64,000 nt of DNA, taken from Lama guanicoe. Lineage: Eukaryota. The notes below the pieces were generated by a model. The model made no database searches. It was not told where the DNA came from and saw nothing but the letters and a program-made list of their open reading frames with translations. Positions 16,440 to 30,099 of the stretch are shown here, in pieces. Every line of letters begins with the position of its first letter. The stretch's first letter is position 1. The stretch covers positions 2,852,001-2,916,000 of the forward strand of contig MU053881.1 of the NCBI GenBank assembly GCA_013239625.1. Reading direction: 5' to 3'. The position numbers and the translations under genes were made by a program.

Positions 16440-17870
16440 CCACTTGTAGACACTCAGCCTACATGATCTCATCTTGGCCTATGACTTTACTACAACCTGT
16501 GTGCTATGACACCAAATGTGGGGCCCTAGTCAGGACTTCTCCTCTGGCCTCCAGACTCAGTACAAACATCATACCTGTTGGCTATCCCGCAGGCAGCTTA
16601 AATTTAACACCTTTAGAAAAGAACTCTTGAATCTTTCCTTCAACCCTGTTCCTGCTCAAGGCGTCCTCATTTCAGTGACTGACACGGACTTGCATCCAGT
16701 AGCTCAGACCCAAACCAGGGCATCATTCTTGACTTCTCCCTTCCCCTCATTAACCATGTCCAAGGATCTGGACCAGTCGATTTTACTTCCTAAATACCTC
16801 TCATATTCTTCTGCTCCCCCAGCTTGCATCACCACTCTAGTCCAGGCTACAATCATCTCTGGTCTGGACTGTTGCTGCCACCTCGAGATGGATCTCCCTG
16901 ATTCTACTTTTGTCCCTTACAGTAAGGTGACTATACTTCTGGTTTGTTTTGGACAGTTTCAGTTTTCACCTGTTGCTTGATACCCTGTCCAGCTAACACC
17001 CCCTTTCATTTGCGGAAAGATCTCCACCTGGATGATAAATTTACACAGTCACCTTATCTTACAGTCTTCTCATCTCGTGGTAGTCACCTTTTAAAAATGT
17101 AAATCAGATCACGTTATTTCCCTGCTCAAAACCCTTCAAAGATTACTTACTACGTAAGAATAAAATCCAAATTCCTTACTGTGGTCCTCAAGGCCCTGTA
17201 TAACCCAGCCCACCAACTTCTCATCTCTTCCAACTCTGCCCTGCACTCACGTTCTAGCCCCACTGACCTTTCGATTCCCCCAATCAGTCGCGCCTGTTCC
17301 CACCTCCAAGCCTCCGCTCCTGCTGTGCCCTTGCTGTTACTTTATTTCCCAAGATGTCCTCATAACAAATCTGTTCTGTCATTTTGTTCTCAGATCAAAC
17401 ATGAACTTTCCAGAGAGGGCTTCTTTGAAAACATGACCTAATGTTCCCAGCTCCACCCAAGTTACTCTCTGTTACACTGTTCACTTATTTGTTAGTTTGT
17501 TTCTTATACTTCTCCATCAGAACTTAGGCCCACTGTCATCTTGTTGACCTTTGCAACCCAGGGTCAAAGCATGTGCTCAATAAGTATTTAAGGAAGAAAT
17601 GAATCACAGCCCCCCCGCAACTAAAACCATGACAGCTCACAAAATCTATCAAATCAGCAAAGATTAAAAGAACACAAATGCCTTACTTTTCTTCCTAACA
17701 CCCTGTACATCATCTAACATGACATTTATGTGATTGTTTACTCTTTGTCTCTGTCTGACTAAAATGAAATCTCCATGAGAACAGGGACTTGGTTTTGTTT
17801 ACAGCTATAGTCTTAGCACCTCCAAGAGTGGCCTGGCATATAGTAAGTGTTCAATAAATATTTCCTCAAT
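16440..17870 (+). mobile_element. L2 LINE fragments
   Basis: L2 motifs CTAGTCCAGGCTACAATCATCTCT, AAATCAGATCACGTTATTTCCCTGCTCAAAACCCTTC and 3' end CCTGGCATATAGTAAGTGTTCAATAAATATTT. Confidence 0.7.
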
Positions 17871-18899
17871 AAATTGACAATATCTAGGAGTGACTAGGTA
17901 GCGGCGAAAGGGGTATGGTGAGAATGTAATTGGTGCACGATTTCTGTAGGAAATTTGACAATATACAGCAAAAGCCCTCCAAAGAGGGCACCCCTTTTGA
18001 CTCAGCAATCTCACTAACAAACAAATGAATAAGGATATAAAAATTATTTCTCAGGAAATTTCTCCCTGAGTTGTTTATAATTAGAGAAAATTTAGAAATG
18101 GCAGCATGATACCCATTTACAGGAAAAGAGAAATATAATTATGAATCTGAACGATGAAATACATTAAAATACTGAAGATGTGTTACTTAGTGACACAGAA
18201 AGAGATAAAAAGTATATTAAGAGAAAAAGGCAAGCTGAAAACAATGAAGTATAGCAAGACTTCATTTTTGCAAAAATATGTATTGCGGAGACACATGGAT
18301 ACATTATGAGAGCACACTGGCATTTACAGATAAAAGTTCAGGCAGGCAGACTTCAAAATGTTAACATTGGTTATCTTTGGATGGTGAGATTAAGGGCAAT
18401 TTAAATTTTCTTCCATATATATTTCTAAATTTTTTGTAATTAGGCCAACCAAAATTATCTGAACATGTTCTGCTTTTCTAAGTGGGGAAAAACAACCCAA
18501 TAAATATTATAAAAAACATAGACACGTTTCATCAACTCACTGAAGACTAAAGCCCAGGTTAAGACCCAAGAGTTCAGAAACGTCGGCTTCGGCATTGGAG
18601 GTGGCTTTCTGATCTTCCGAATTGAAGCAAGTTGTTTCCCCTCAGTCAAATATTTGTAAAAACAGAAAAAAAAATTTTTTTTTTACAAAACTTATTTCTT
18701 CTATTTCATTGCTTGCCAAGCTTGAGAAGGTCAGGCCTGGCTGAGAAACAGCACAAAGTGTAGCCAAAGCTATTATTTATGCTGAACATTTTCCTTGCAT
18801 TGCTTCATTAAAAACCTTCTAATGGTCCTGCCATGTAGGCATTGATGTTCTCAAGTGCAAAAGCTGAGATGACAGAATTTGCCAAAGCTCCTCCCACAG

Positions 18900-18901
<2 letters not shown>

Positions 18902-18942
<41 letters not shown>
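18902..18942. repeat. (TG)n microsatellite
   Basis: About 20 uninterrupted TG units. Confidence 0.97.
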
Positions 18943-18944
<2 letters not shown>

Positions 18945-20189
18945 AAGGGTGACAGTACACACAACAGACTGGGATAAGGATGACATCGGTGCACTTGGAG
19001 AAGGAAGCTGGACCAGGATGAGGGAAGACAGACACCACTTGGCAGGAAAGGAAGCAGGTAGGAAGGACAAAGTTAAGTGGGGATTGAGAGGAAGAAGAAT
19101 AGAAAAGAGGAGGAACTAAGAGGAAAGGCAGTTTGTGAGTTATTCTGCAGTATTTTTTTTCTTTCACCTTTTCTTTCTATACTCTTTCCTTGATTATCTA
19201 AATCACAATTAGGCCTTCAAGGTTCCTTTCCATTGAGATGATTACCAAATCTCTCCAGTCCTGACTTTTCTCCAGAGTTCAACTCCTCTGAAGTCCAAAC
19301 TGAATGCAGCATTCCCTCCACCCCAAGCCTGCTCCTACTGTATCCGCTCTCATCTATCAAACACCATCTGAACTGCTCTCTCCCCCATTCCTTCAACTAT
19401 TCTTTCATCCAACCAATATTTAAAGCAGATCTTGTATGGCCCTGACACTGTCACAGCAGTAGGTACAGTCACTTCCCAGGTGGGGTCACTTTTACTTGAA
19501 AATCTCTTTGTCCATCTCCTCTAAATTCTTTACTGAAATTGACTGAGAATCACTCTTGATTGAACCATGTCAACTCAGCACCATAAGTTAGTTTTACAGG
19601 CCATGCATAGTGACCTCCTAGATTTAGCACTATACCTGGGACACAAAGGTGGCTCACAGTGGAGGCTTGGGGACTACAAAGCTGGGAAGGGAAGGGGCCT
19701 GGAGGAGCATAAGTTAGATCTGTTTTGACAATATCTGCATATGAAGAAAGGTGTTTACAAAGAACAGGGGCGTGATAATTCCTTTATTTCTGGGGCGTGA
19801 CTCTGGGAGGCTGGAGAAGACTGTTGCAAGTCTGACGTGGACAGTCTTCTGATAGAAGGGGTGCCCTGTCCACCTCCCAGCCCCTGAGTCCTCAATAGCC
19901 ACTTGTTGACTATATCACCTTGTGTGACGGGAACCACAGATGTTGTGTGCTCTATCCTATCTCCAGCTCCTGGAACATCTGGCCCAGAGTTAGGGTTCAA
20001 TAAATATCTGTGGAGGATTCTAGAAGGGCAAGGACCATAGATGTTTTATTCATCCCCTCAGGAAGAAGGACAAAGACTAAGGGAGCCTGAGGGAAAAAGA
20101 CATCATGCCAGAGGCTTCCCTCGCTATCCGTTTAGAGCTTGGTAAATGTTTGCTAAGCGACATAAATCACGCTCCTGCACAGCTCCAAA

Positions 20190-21330
20190 ATCGGGCCCCT
20201 CGCTCGGCTGCCAGGCCCTGGAGCGAGGCCACTATCTGGCCCAGGCCCCAGCTTCCCTCCCGCCCTGCCCGGGCTCCTGTTACCTCCCTGCATTCATCTG
20301 CACCCACCACAAGCCAAACAATTACACGCTCCCAAGTCCCTGCCTCGGGGTCCGGGACGCCCCCCGGGCCCCCGCGTCCCCCGCCAGGCCCCCAGCCCCC
20401 CAGCCCGGCCCGGCCTGGACCGCGGCCCCCCGGGGGCTCCCCCACCCCCCGCACCAGGCGCGCCAGGACCTGCTCGTCCATGTGCTCGGCCGCCACTCTC
20501 CAGCCGCAGCCCGCTCGGGCTTGAGCGCGGAGCCCGGGAGGCCTGGCCGCGGCTGGACAGGCCGGGAAGCGGCAAGGCGGGAAGCCGCTGCAGCTGTGGG
20601 GCGCCCGGGGGCGGGCGGCTGGGCCGCCGAGAGCAGCGGGCCGGGCCCGGCCGCGCCGGGTGGTCCGCTCCCGAGCCGAGGCGGCGCCCCGGCCACCGAG
20701 CGGCTCGGCCGCAGGCAGCGGGCTCACTCACCACGGTTCGGCGGGGAGGCGCGCCGGGGGTGCGGGACAGGGCCCGGCGGAGCCTCCGCGCCCGGCCCGA
20801 GCGGGCGCCCCCGGAGCTCTCGGAGCCGCTGTCGTCCGAGATCACGATGAAGTCCTCCATGGCTGCGGGTCCCGGCCGAGCCAGCGCGCGGGCGGCCGGC
20901 GACCCGGGAGGCGGCAGCGGCGGCGGCGGCGGGGACTTCGGTTTCTGCTGCTGAGGCGGCGGCAGCGACGGCGGCAGCGACAACCGGGGCCATCACCCCG
21001 CCGGCCCCGCCCCTTCACGCCCGAGCCCCGCCCCCGCCTGCCCGGCCCCGCCTCTCCCTAGCCCCGCCCCCTGGCGGCTGGCGGTGGGCAGCCGGGTCAG
21101 GGCCGCGGTCGCTGTCCTTGGCGGTGGCCCTCGTCCTCCCTTCCCGAGGAGAAAAAGAGAGAGAGTGAGAAAATCAAATCGCAGCCGGCTTGGGGGCGGT
21201 GTTGAGGGCGAGCGTGCGGGACGCTGAGGCTGCAAGGTCTTCTTTCCCAGCTGCTTCCAACTGACTCAAGTGTGCAGTGAGGTGTAAACAGGCCTCAACC
21301 GATTCACGGGGGGGGGGCGGGGGCACCTGG
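20190..21330 (-). promoter_or_regulatory. SIMC1: SIMC1 CpG-island promoter with clustered GC boxes
   Basis: Very GC- and CpG-rich stretch around exon 1. Repeated CCCCGCC(C) Sp/KLF-type boxes at ~20995-21070, and GGC/GCC runs in the 5' leader. Confidence 0.85.
20732..20860 (-). CDS. SIMC1: SIMC1 (SUMO-interacting motifs containing 1) coding exon 1, 43 codons
   Basis: GCAGCC-ATG-G start at 20860 encodes [43 protein letters not shown], followed by a GTGAGT donor at 20731. Phase 0 joins in frame to DFIDLT of exon 2. Matches my recollection of the long human SIMC1 isoform N-terminus. Lies in a CpG island. Confidence 0.92.
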
Positions 21331-21942
21331 CCTCGGACTGGCCTGGCGGGTGGAGGGGCCCCTGCTGAGGGTGGGTGAGCTGGCCTGTGGCCCAGTGGGC
21401 GGCAAGAGGCCCACTTCTTTGTGCACATGGGCAAATACCTCTGTAGGATAAATTCCTAGAAGTGGGATTACTGGGTCAAAGGCGATGTATCTGTTGTTTC
21501 GATAAATGATGCCAAATTACTCTCCGGAATTGTGCCAATTTGCGGTTTTACCAACAATCCATGCCACTCAGGAATTTAAACTGTGCGATTTAGGGGTTAG
21601 TTCAGTAGCAGGATCAGAAACTGAAAAAATGCACAAAGAGAAGCGATGAAGGAGCAGACATAACGAGTAATTAGATGTTATGAATGAGCAAAGGTATAAA
21701 GATGAAAAAAGGATGTACCCAGCAGACGGAGAAGTGGTAGGTAGTCGGCTGTAGGGCAGGAACATAAAAATCAAGATAGGATTTGTGTTACAGTAAATGC
21801 GGGGTATTGACAGAATCTTGCTGCTCAGGCTCTAGCAGCTTGGTAAAATGTATTAACAGACCCAAAGGAGAATGTGTTGACTGCAAAGGGGACTGGATCC
21901 TAAAAGAACGGCTATCAGGTGCTATCTAAGCACTGCCTAGAG

Positions 21943-22127
21943 CAGTGATTCTCAGACTTTACTGAGCATCAGAGTCACCCGGAAGTCTTGTTAAAACACA
22001 GAGTGGTGGGCCCCACCCCAGAGTTTCTGACTCAGTAGGTATGCGGTGAGGCCCCCAAATTTGCATTTCTGACAAGTTCCCAGGTGATGTCGATGCTGCT
22101 ATCGGGAACACACATTGAACACCGCTG
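21943..22127. mobile_element. MER5A-like hAT-Charlie MITE
   Basis: CAGTGATTCTCA...GGGCCCCACCCCAGAGTTTCTGACTCAGTAGGT...TTTGCATTTCTGACAAGTTCCCAGGTGATG...ACCGCTG, with degenerate terminal inverted repeats. Confidence 0.85.
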
Positions 22128-22239
22128 GTCTACAGCCAGCAGCGTTCAGATGATCTGGTGGTACGTTTGAAATCATCCTTGTTGTGAAGGGATTCATTAA
22201 GTTGCCTTCACCAAATACCGTGAAACGTTCAGTTTATTT

Positions 22240-22900
22240 AACTCCCTGCTTCTTTTCTGGGCTTCTGTGACTCTGCACCTCTGTTGCCACTTCTTTTCAG
22301 TCTCCTTAGCTGACGCCTGCTCCTCTAACTCACTCCTTAAATCGCCAAGTTCCTCGTGGCCTTTGTATACTTCTCCCTGCACAGTCTCAACCATTCCCAC
22401 GCCTTAATAATAATTTTTGGGCTGATGACTCCCATAGTTTTATCTCTAGCCCAGCCCTGGCCTCAAAGCTCCAGGTGTGTATATCCAAATGTTTATTGAA
22501 TTTCTTGGGAGTCTCATGCTGAATATGTCTAAAACTGAACTCACCTGCTCCCTCCCGACCCCTGCAAAGAAAGCCTGCTTCTCTTCTGTGTTCCCCACCG
22601 CAGTGGCTGGTGGTACCACCAGCCAGCAATTGCTCAAGTGAGAAATCTGAGCTTAATGCTCAGTTTCTACCCTTTCCTCATCAACAAATACTGTTTTACT
22701 CCCTAAATATTTCTTGCACTCACTTCTTTTGGCGTCTGCTGTTACGGTTTTAGGCAAACCAAGATCACCCCTGGCCCAGTCTACTATTGTAGCCTCCTAC
22801 CCAGTCTTCCTGAACCTCTTCTTGTCCTCTTTCACTCCTTCCTCCCTGTTCAAAGTGATCTTTAAGAAAGTATGTAATCAAGTCCCCTTCAGTGGCTTCC
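22240..22900 (+). mobile_element. L2 LINE fragment
   Basis: GCTGATGACTCCCATAGTTTTATCTCTAGCCCAG...TGTCTAAAACTGAACTC, typical L2 body sequence. Confidence 0.7.
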
Positions 22901-22911
22901 TAATAACACTA

Positions 22912-23285
22912 TGTCTTAGTGTGCTCAGGCTGCCACAACAAAATACCGTAGACTGGTGGCTTAAACTACAGAAGTTAATTTTCTTATAGTCCTGGAGGCT
23001 GGGAAGTTCAAGATCAAGGGGCTGACCAATTCAGTTTCTGGTGAAGTCTCTCTTCTCGGGTTGCAGATTTCTCGGCATATCTTCGAATGGCCTTTCCCCA
23101 GTGGGTGCATGCAGGGAGAGGGCAAGGGTGACAATAGACCTCTTCATCTTCTCATAAGGCCTCGTATCCCATCATGAGGGCCCCTATCCTTATTCCCTAA
23201 TCTAATCTAACCTTAATATCCTCCCTAAGGCCCCATTGGGGGTTAGAGCATCAACATACAAATTTGGGGGAACACAAACATAATA
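22912..23285. mobile_element. MaLR solo LTR (MLT1A-like)
   Basis: TGTCTTAGT...CAAAATACCGTAGACTGGTGGCTTAAAC...CTGGAGGCTGGGAAGTTCAAGATCAAGG...TTGGGGGTTAGAGCATCAACATACAAATTTGGGGG. Confidence 0.85.
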
Positions 23286-23720
23286 AACTTCTAAAAATAA
23301 AAACTAATATAAATATATGTATTTTTGTAGACTATATATGTAAATAAATGTTATATTTTTATATAGTAAATGTATGATATAGTTGTATATAGTAAATATA
23401 TTATTTTACTGTAAATGAAGAAAGAATTGGTAAAATTTTGAGCTCTGTGGTATGTATGCTGTTGTGTTAAGGGGTGAAGTGTAATGAAGTCTTCAAGTTA
23501 TTTTGAAATGCATCAAAAATAAGATGGATAAATGTATAGATGGATAGATACGGAAAAGGAAACACAACAAAATGTTAATGTCAAATCTACGTGGTAGTTA
23601 TATAGGTGTTCACTTTTACCTTTTACGTATATTTAGATGTTTTCATATTACGTTGAGAAAAAATTAAAATTAAGAAAGTTAATTATGATTCTACTATGAT
23701 TTAAAAAATTAATCAAGAGA

Positions 23721-23838
23721 TTTTTTTTGAGGGGGGAGGTAACTAGGTTTTATTTATTTATATGGAGGTACTAGAGATTGAACGCAGGACTTCGTGCATG
23801 CTAAGCATGCACTCTACCACCGAGCTATACCCTCTCCC
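23721..23838 (-). mobile_element. tRNA-Ala-derived SINE (camelid Vic-1 type)
   Basis: Reverse strand GGGAGAGGGTATAGCTCGGTGGTAGAGTGCATGCTTAGCATGCACGAAGTCC... with A/B boxes, AT-rich tail, poly(A) and candidate TSD AGAGATT. Confidence 0.85.
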
Positions 23839-25574
23839 ACCAAAAGAGAGATTATAATGAACCCTACGTGCCCACCATTCAGCTTCAAGAATGACTAATC
23901 TTATTCTATTTATATTTCCACCCACTTTCTCACCCCCACATTCCTGAATTATTTTAAAGTTAATGTCAGGCATCACATTGTTTATTCTGCAGGCATTTCA
24001 GTTTGTATCTTTAAAAGATAAGGAATCTTCATTTATCAAATTATTGCTGAGCACATATACCATACTCAAGGGATACAGCAGTGAGCATTCAGACATGGTC
24101 TCGGGTCCATGGTGCTTATAGTTTATGGGGAAGACAAACGATAAATGAGTAAATAATTATAGATTATGGTAAGTGTATAGCCAGTTTGAGAAATCTGAGC
24201 TTGTGAGATATAAGTAGGAAGCAATTTTAGTTTTTCCTCTACAACCATCACTCTCTAGCAATCCACTTAAATTCATTTACTCTTCATTTAGCAGATTCCC
24301 TTAAGAATATTCTACTCTCGTCCCATAACTGTGCAGTCACTTTCAGTAACTAGGACAGTCTCATTCCAAGTATTATGACTTGGGCCTGCCCATTTAATAT
24401 CTTTAATCTCATATTTAATTCATCGCTCTTTCCATTCTGCTGGTGCAGGTGGGCTTGTGGCCACAGCAGTTCGTAGTGGAGGGTGTGTTAATGTCACTCC
24501 TTTCTCTCTCCTTGGCTCCTGCTCCTTCCACATAGGGATGCAGAGGAGGGAGAAAGAATGTTCTCTGCAAGACTGTCCATGAAAAATTGTCTGTTCTTTT
24601 TCTTCTGGGTATTGCTACGTCAGTGACGGTTCTCCCAACGTGTCAGGAGTCCAGATGCCAGCTCTCTTACTTGGACTGGGCATGTCGTTGCTCTCTGGGG
24701 TCTCCCCCGTGCTCTCTCCAATGTAGAAGAGGTCAGTCTCAACCCTTCCTCCCAGACGTCCCCACCAGCAAGGGCCTTATGCCTCAGCCACCTTCCGTGC
24801 TTTCCAGTTGACTGGCTCATAGAGAATGCACATGCATGACTCAAGGAGGAAGGGAATCCAGGCAGTTCCCATCTTGGTGCCTCTCTCAGAACCAATTAGC
24901 TCTCTCGTCCCTTCCTTCACCCTGAAGGGCATTAGGGGCTTGTCCGGGGCAATGGTTCAGTGACTTTTGGACAAGTTCTCAGCTTGGGGAGTGGGGAGAG
25001 GAATAATTTACTGCACTTTAAACTTGTGGGAAGGGAATGGAAGAGAACAAGTTGAATGGCTTCCATCTTCTTCAGTTAGGGAGAAACAATGCATGCTTGC
25101 CATCTCCGATAACGTTTAATGTAATGTTTATTCATGGATATATGAACTAATTGGAAAAAATTAAAATATCTACCCCTGTTGCAAAATCTATGATAAAGTG
25201 ATTAACATTAGTAACTGACTTTCAAGCATAGAAGTAGGACTATGACTTTAGGGGTACAATGGTGTCCTGGCTGTATGTACCTTTCTCATCAGCCATCCTG
25301 CCTGAAACACAGGAAACACCAGGTCCCCTGGTTGTGTAATATGAGTACACTTGAAAAGTTCCTTGTCCTTATCTGGCAGTCCAGACGGGTGAAGACTGGC
25401 TCTCAAGCTGCTTTTCTTAAAACTGTAGGTAGTGTCCCTTAGGTTTTCTTAGTCATCTTGGATCTGTCTTGAAATATGCTGTTTACCCAAGACTTCCAAA
25501 ATGCTGTTGTCTTTTTCAGCAATTAGTACGTATGTGTGTTTTTCTTTTCTTTTTCCTCTGGGTGACTTGTCTTA

Positions 25575-26050
25575 TTTAATTTTTTCCACATTTATTGAGA
25601 TATAATTGGCATTAACATTTTGTAAGTTTAAGGTGTACTGTTTGGAGATATATATATATATATATATATATTTACCACAATAAGGTTAGTTAACACATCC
25701 TTTACTTCACACAATTACCATTTTGTTGTTGTTATGGTGAGAACAGTAAAGCAACTTTCAAGTATATAATCATGCCGTCTGTCCATTAGATCCCTGGAAC
25801 TTCCTCATCTTATAACTGAAGGTTTATACATTTTGACCAAGATCTCCCTATTTCCCCCTCACCCTCCAGGCAGCCTCCCTTCTACTCTCATTTTCTGTGA
25901 GTTCAGTGTTTTTTAGATTCTTCCTATAAGGAAGATCATAAGAGTATTTCTCTTTCTCTGTCTGAATCATTTCACTTAGCATAATGCCCTCAAGGTCCAT
26001 CCACGTGGTCGCAAATGGTAGGATTTTCTTTTTCTTTTTTATGGCTGACT
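25575..26050 (-). mobile_element. LINE-1 3' end with (TA)n microsatellite
   Basis: TTTATTGAGATATAATTGGCA...TTTCACTTAGCATAATGCCCTCAAGGTCCATCCACGTGGTCGCAAATGG, an antisense L1 3' UTR. Confidence 0.8.
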
Positions 26051-26359
26051 AATATTCACGTGTGTATTTTTCAAGGTAACACTTCTTCATAGACTTATTC
26101 CCCTCAACTTGTACACAGATTGGGAGGCGAATGCAGTCATTTATTCATCAAATGTTTACCCTATTTAATGAGTGCTGACTAGGTGCCAGGCACCGTGTGA
26201 GGGGCTGGCCTCTGTCCTCACGGAGCTTAGCAGTGAAGAAGATATCCCTAGTTTGTGAATGAAGAAAACAAATCCTGATCCCTTACTTTCCTCTTCTAGA
26301 ATCATTTCTAATTAAAAATTTATAGCACATAAAGAAAATAACATGTGAAAATGCAGATC

Positions 26360-27055
26360 AGAACCACCATATGGGACCATTTCACACTCATTCAGATGGC
26401 TATTAGGTTAAAAAAAAAAAAGGGAAAAACAAGTTTTGGCGAGAATGTGGAGAAATTGGAACCCTCGTGCATTGCTGGTGGGAACATAAAACAGTGCAGC
26501 TGGCAGTTCCTCAAAAAGTGAGGATTACTGTAGGATCCAGCAATTCTACTCCTAGGTATTTTCCCAGAGACTCAGACAGACATCTGTCCATCAACCTTCA
26601 TAGCATTACTCATAACAGCCAGAAGGCAGGAATAACTCAAAGTGCTCATCAGCGCATGAATTGATAAACAACATGTGGTATGTCCACACCGTGGAATTCT
26701 ATTCAGCCTTAAAAAGGATGGGAATTGTGACATATTCTACACTGTGGATGAAAGTTGAGGAAATTATGCTAAATGGAATAAGCCAGTCACAAAAGGACAA
26801 GTATTTTGTGATTCTCTTATATTAGTTACCTAGGATAGGCAAATTTATAAAGACAGAAAACAGAGGTTATCAGGGATTAGGGGAAGGGAAAATGGAGAGT
26901 TATTTAATGGGTACAGAATTTCTGTTTGGAATGATGAAAAAGTTCTAGAAGAGAGTGGTGATGGTTGTCTAATATTGTGACTGTCCTGTGCCACTGAATC
27001 GCACACTTAAAGATGGCTATGTTGTAAATTCTGTGTATTTTAACCATGATGAAAA
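26360..27055 (+). mobile_element. Old LINE-1 (L1MA/MB-type) ORF2 end and 3' UTR
   Basis: GAATGTGGAGAAATTGGAACCCTCGTGCATTGCTGGTGGGAA...ATAAGCCAGTCACAAAAGGACAA...TTTAATGGGTACAGAATTTCTGTTTGGAATGATGAAAAAGTTCTAG. Confidence 0.85.
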
Positions 27056-30000
27056 TATGATAATATTTTCCTTTTATTAAAAAAATTGAAACATTATAGA
27101 CAAGGTTAAAGGCCTCTTTGACCGCCTCCTCCACCCTGATCCCAGTTCCCCCTCTTCAGTGCTTCCATGTTTACTCCTCTAGAACTTTTCTGTATATTTA
27201 CCTGTGTTCGTATGTACTTATCAAAATGACATGTAGTTTTAGCTTTATTCAAAGAGCATTTCTGCTTTGGTATGGAGGTTTGAAACCATGATTTGTAGTA
27301 AAAATGTTCTAAGCAACAAGACTTCGTGGCTTATTAATAGGGGCTTTTTGGGTGGATATACATCTTATTTTTTCTTTCTTTCTTTCTTTTTTTCGTTGTG
27401 ACAGGTCTGCAGGTCAGTGCCTGCAGACCCACTTTTGTTTATGCTAAAGCTAGCCGGCTCAGGTTTCTCCCCTGCCCTGGGGAACACTCTGTTCCCTTTG
27501 CTAGATTCCAAGTATAATCTCCCAGTTTTGGGTCACTCCTCGCTTTGCTGCTGAACTGCTTTAGTAGGCAACCTCTCAGTGTGTATAACTTTATTTAAAT
27601 CATTTTCTTATCTTTTTCCCTGTTTCCATCCCAGCTTCTAGTTTGCTGGGATATCAAGTAGATATCAGAGTTTTTATTAAAATTTTGTGTTATCCTCTAT
27701 GTTCAAAGATGACACATCCTCACTGTGAGAAAATTAAGGCAACTTAGAATGGTTATAAAACAGAATGTGTAACAGCATCACACTTTTATAATATCTTCCC
27801 AGACATTTATTAATGTCATTACCTGCAGGTGCAAACACACAATTTTACATAATTGGGATCATACTGTGCACATTGTATTACAATTGTCTTTCTTAAATTA
27901 AAAAAAAAATCCTTACAGTTTTCTGGGCCAGTAAATACAGATTTACATTATCCATTCCTTGGCTAGTATGTGATTGGCTCTTATTTTATAGAAAAGCACA
28001 AAGAAGCAAACAAAATAGTGTATCACATTCTTCCACCCCTGATAGCCAGCCTACAAGGAACAGTTTGTTAATTTAAAAGAAACACATCTATGAGATTAGA
28101 AAATTCATGCTACAAAAAGTTACAAAATAAAAAGTGAAAGTCAAGAGCCACCCTCCCTTTGGACCTTCCCAAGGCTAAAATCTGAATCATTGCATGGGCA
28201 TGCAATTTTAATGTTGGCTTCACATTTCCGTTTACAATTGTCTGAGTCGGTACATGCTGTTTGAAGGAACATTCGGCATTAGGGGAGTTTGTGAATTTCA
28301 ACTGAATGGAGGGAAGAAGTGAGAGCATTGAATCAGTTACGTGTGGTATCAGTGGGCTCCTGGGGAAGCAGAGTTCAAAAGAAACTGTGCACAAAGCAGT
28401 CCATTAACTTAGAAGAATGTAGGAAGCTGTTTGGGGGAGGATGAATTACTTAAATCCTGTGTTTGTACCTAACAACTTGTTCATTAGCAGTAAATGTAGT
28501 AGAAAATACACAGTGAAGAACTTTTACATTTCTGATTTGAGTTAATAATTGGATTAGGACATCAATTCAGTCCAGACTGCATTGGTGACCACCGTGCCAA
28601 CCTTAGTTTTATAGGAATTATCGGGTAACATTGCATTCCACTAGGCATTCCAGGATTGCCTGGGTGGACTGCCCAAAGGAAATAAAATAAAGTAAGAAAA
28701 CAAAATTTAAAACGTAAAGAGATGACGTTTTAACACCATTTTGAATGACCTAACTATCTGAACAGATGTTTTCTGAATAATACACATTATTGACAGACAA
28801 AATCAAATAGACAAAAATTGGTTTGTTCTCATTTATTGATCAAATATGGATTTATTTGATTATTTTGAGGATATATATAATATACATGTATATAAAACAA
28901 TCTATTTTCTTTTTTCCAGTGTTACTTTCTGGTGAAAAATAATCTGAGATAAAACTCTACCACTTAAATTAAGTTTTCCTTTGTCCTTGATTCCACTACT
29001 GTCAGTTTCACTTGTGCATTTGCAATGATACTATGGCTACAGTTTGATTTCCACATTTCGTGTAATGTACACCGTAAATATTTCTCCACGTTCTAATCTG
29101 ATTTTATTCTTACTTCCTTTTGCCTTATGCACTCTTTCTTGACAACCATTGTATAACCAGTGTCATTTGCCCAGGTATGTGAGCCCACACACGTTTCCCC
29201 ATAACCATATGAACATCTTCAAGGGAATACAGACATATGTACAAACACATAAAAATGAATACATACAAATGCATAGAAGATTGTGAATTTGTCATTTGCT
29301 TTTATAAAAGTGAGATCACAAACTAATATATAATCTTTCAGTTACATATCTTTTCTTACTTAATTCATCGGGGCAGCCCACCAGAGCAGGAGCTATAGAT
29401 CCAACTTGGTTTTTTAATAGCAACATAGTTATCCACACTACAGATGTACACATTTATTTACTCTTCCTCCATCAATGGAAATTCAAGTTGTTTTCAAGTT
29501 TCTTTGTCATTATAAACAATGCCACAATAAATATTCTCATAGATTCATCCTTAGATTGTTAGGACTGGCATGACTACATCAAAGAATACGTATATCTTTA
29601 ATTTTTAATATACAAGGCCATAGTACTTAAAAAAGCTGCATGTGGACCTTATTTGGAGCTCAATTCAAACAAGCTATGAAAATAAGTATGATATTTATAA
29701 GACAATTGGAAATTTGAACACTGACTAGATATTTCATTAAATTGAGAAATTTTTCCTATTTTTTTAAGGTGTGATAATGTTAGAGATACAAACAGAAATA
29801 TTTATGGATGAAATAATTTCCTTCAGAAAAGTACTGGAGAGAGAGACGTGGATGAAAGGATGGACAAGTGGCCATGACTTGACAGTTGTTGAAGCTGGTA
29901 TAATGGGAGTCCCTTACATCATGGTCTTCTTTTATGTATGTTTAAAATTCTCCACAGTAATAATTTTCAAACACTTATAAATTCACACTCAATCTAGTGT

Positions 30001-30099
30001 GAATGAGAAAACCTATTTCCATACATTTCCCTCAGCACTGGGTGTTTAACCGCTTTTTATCTGTGTCAATCTGATGTGTGAAAAAAGATATTTGTTGCT

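Noticed and set aside
20105..21434. Many overlapping Pro/Gly/Arg-rich ORFs at the SIMC1 promoter, including an in-frame TTG-started N-terminal extension (20983)
   Set aside because: Expected stop-codon scarcity in a CpG island; only the MEDF exon has splice and homology support.
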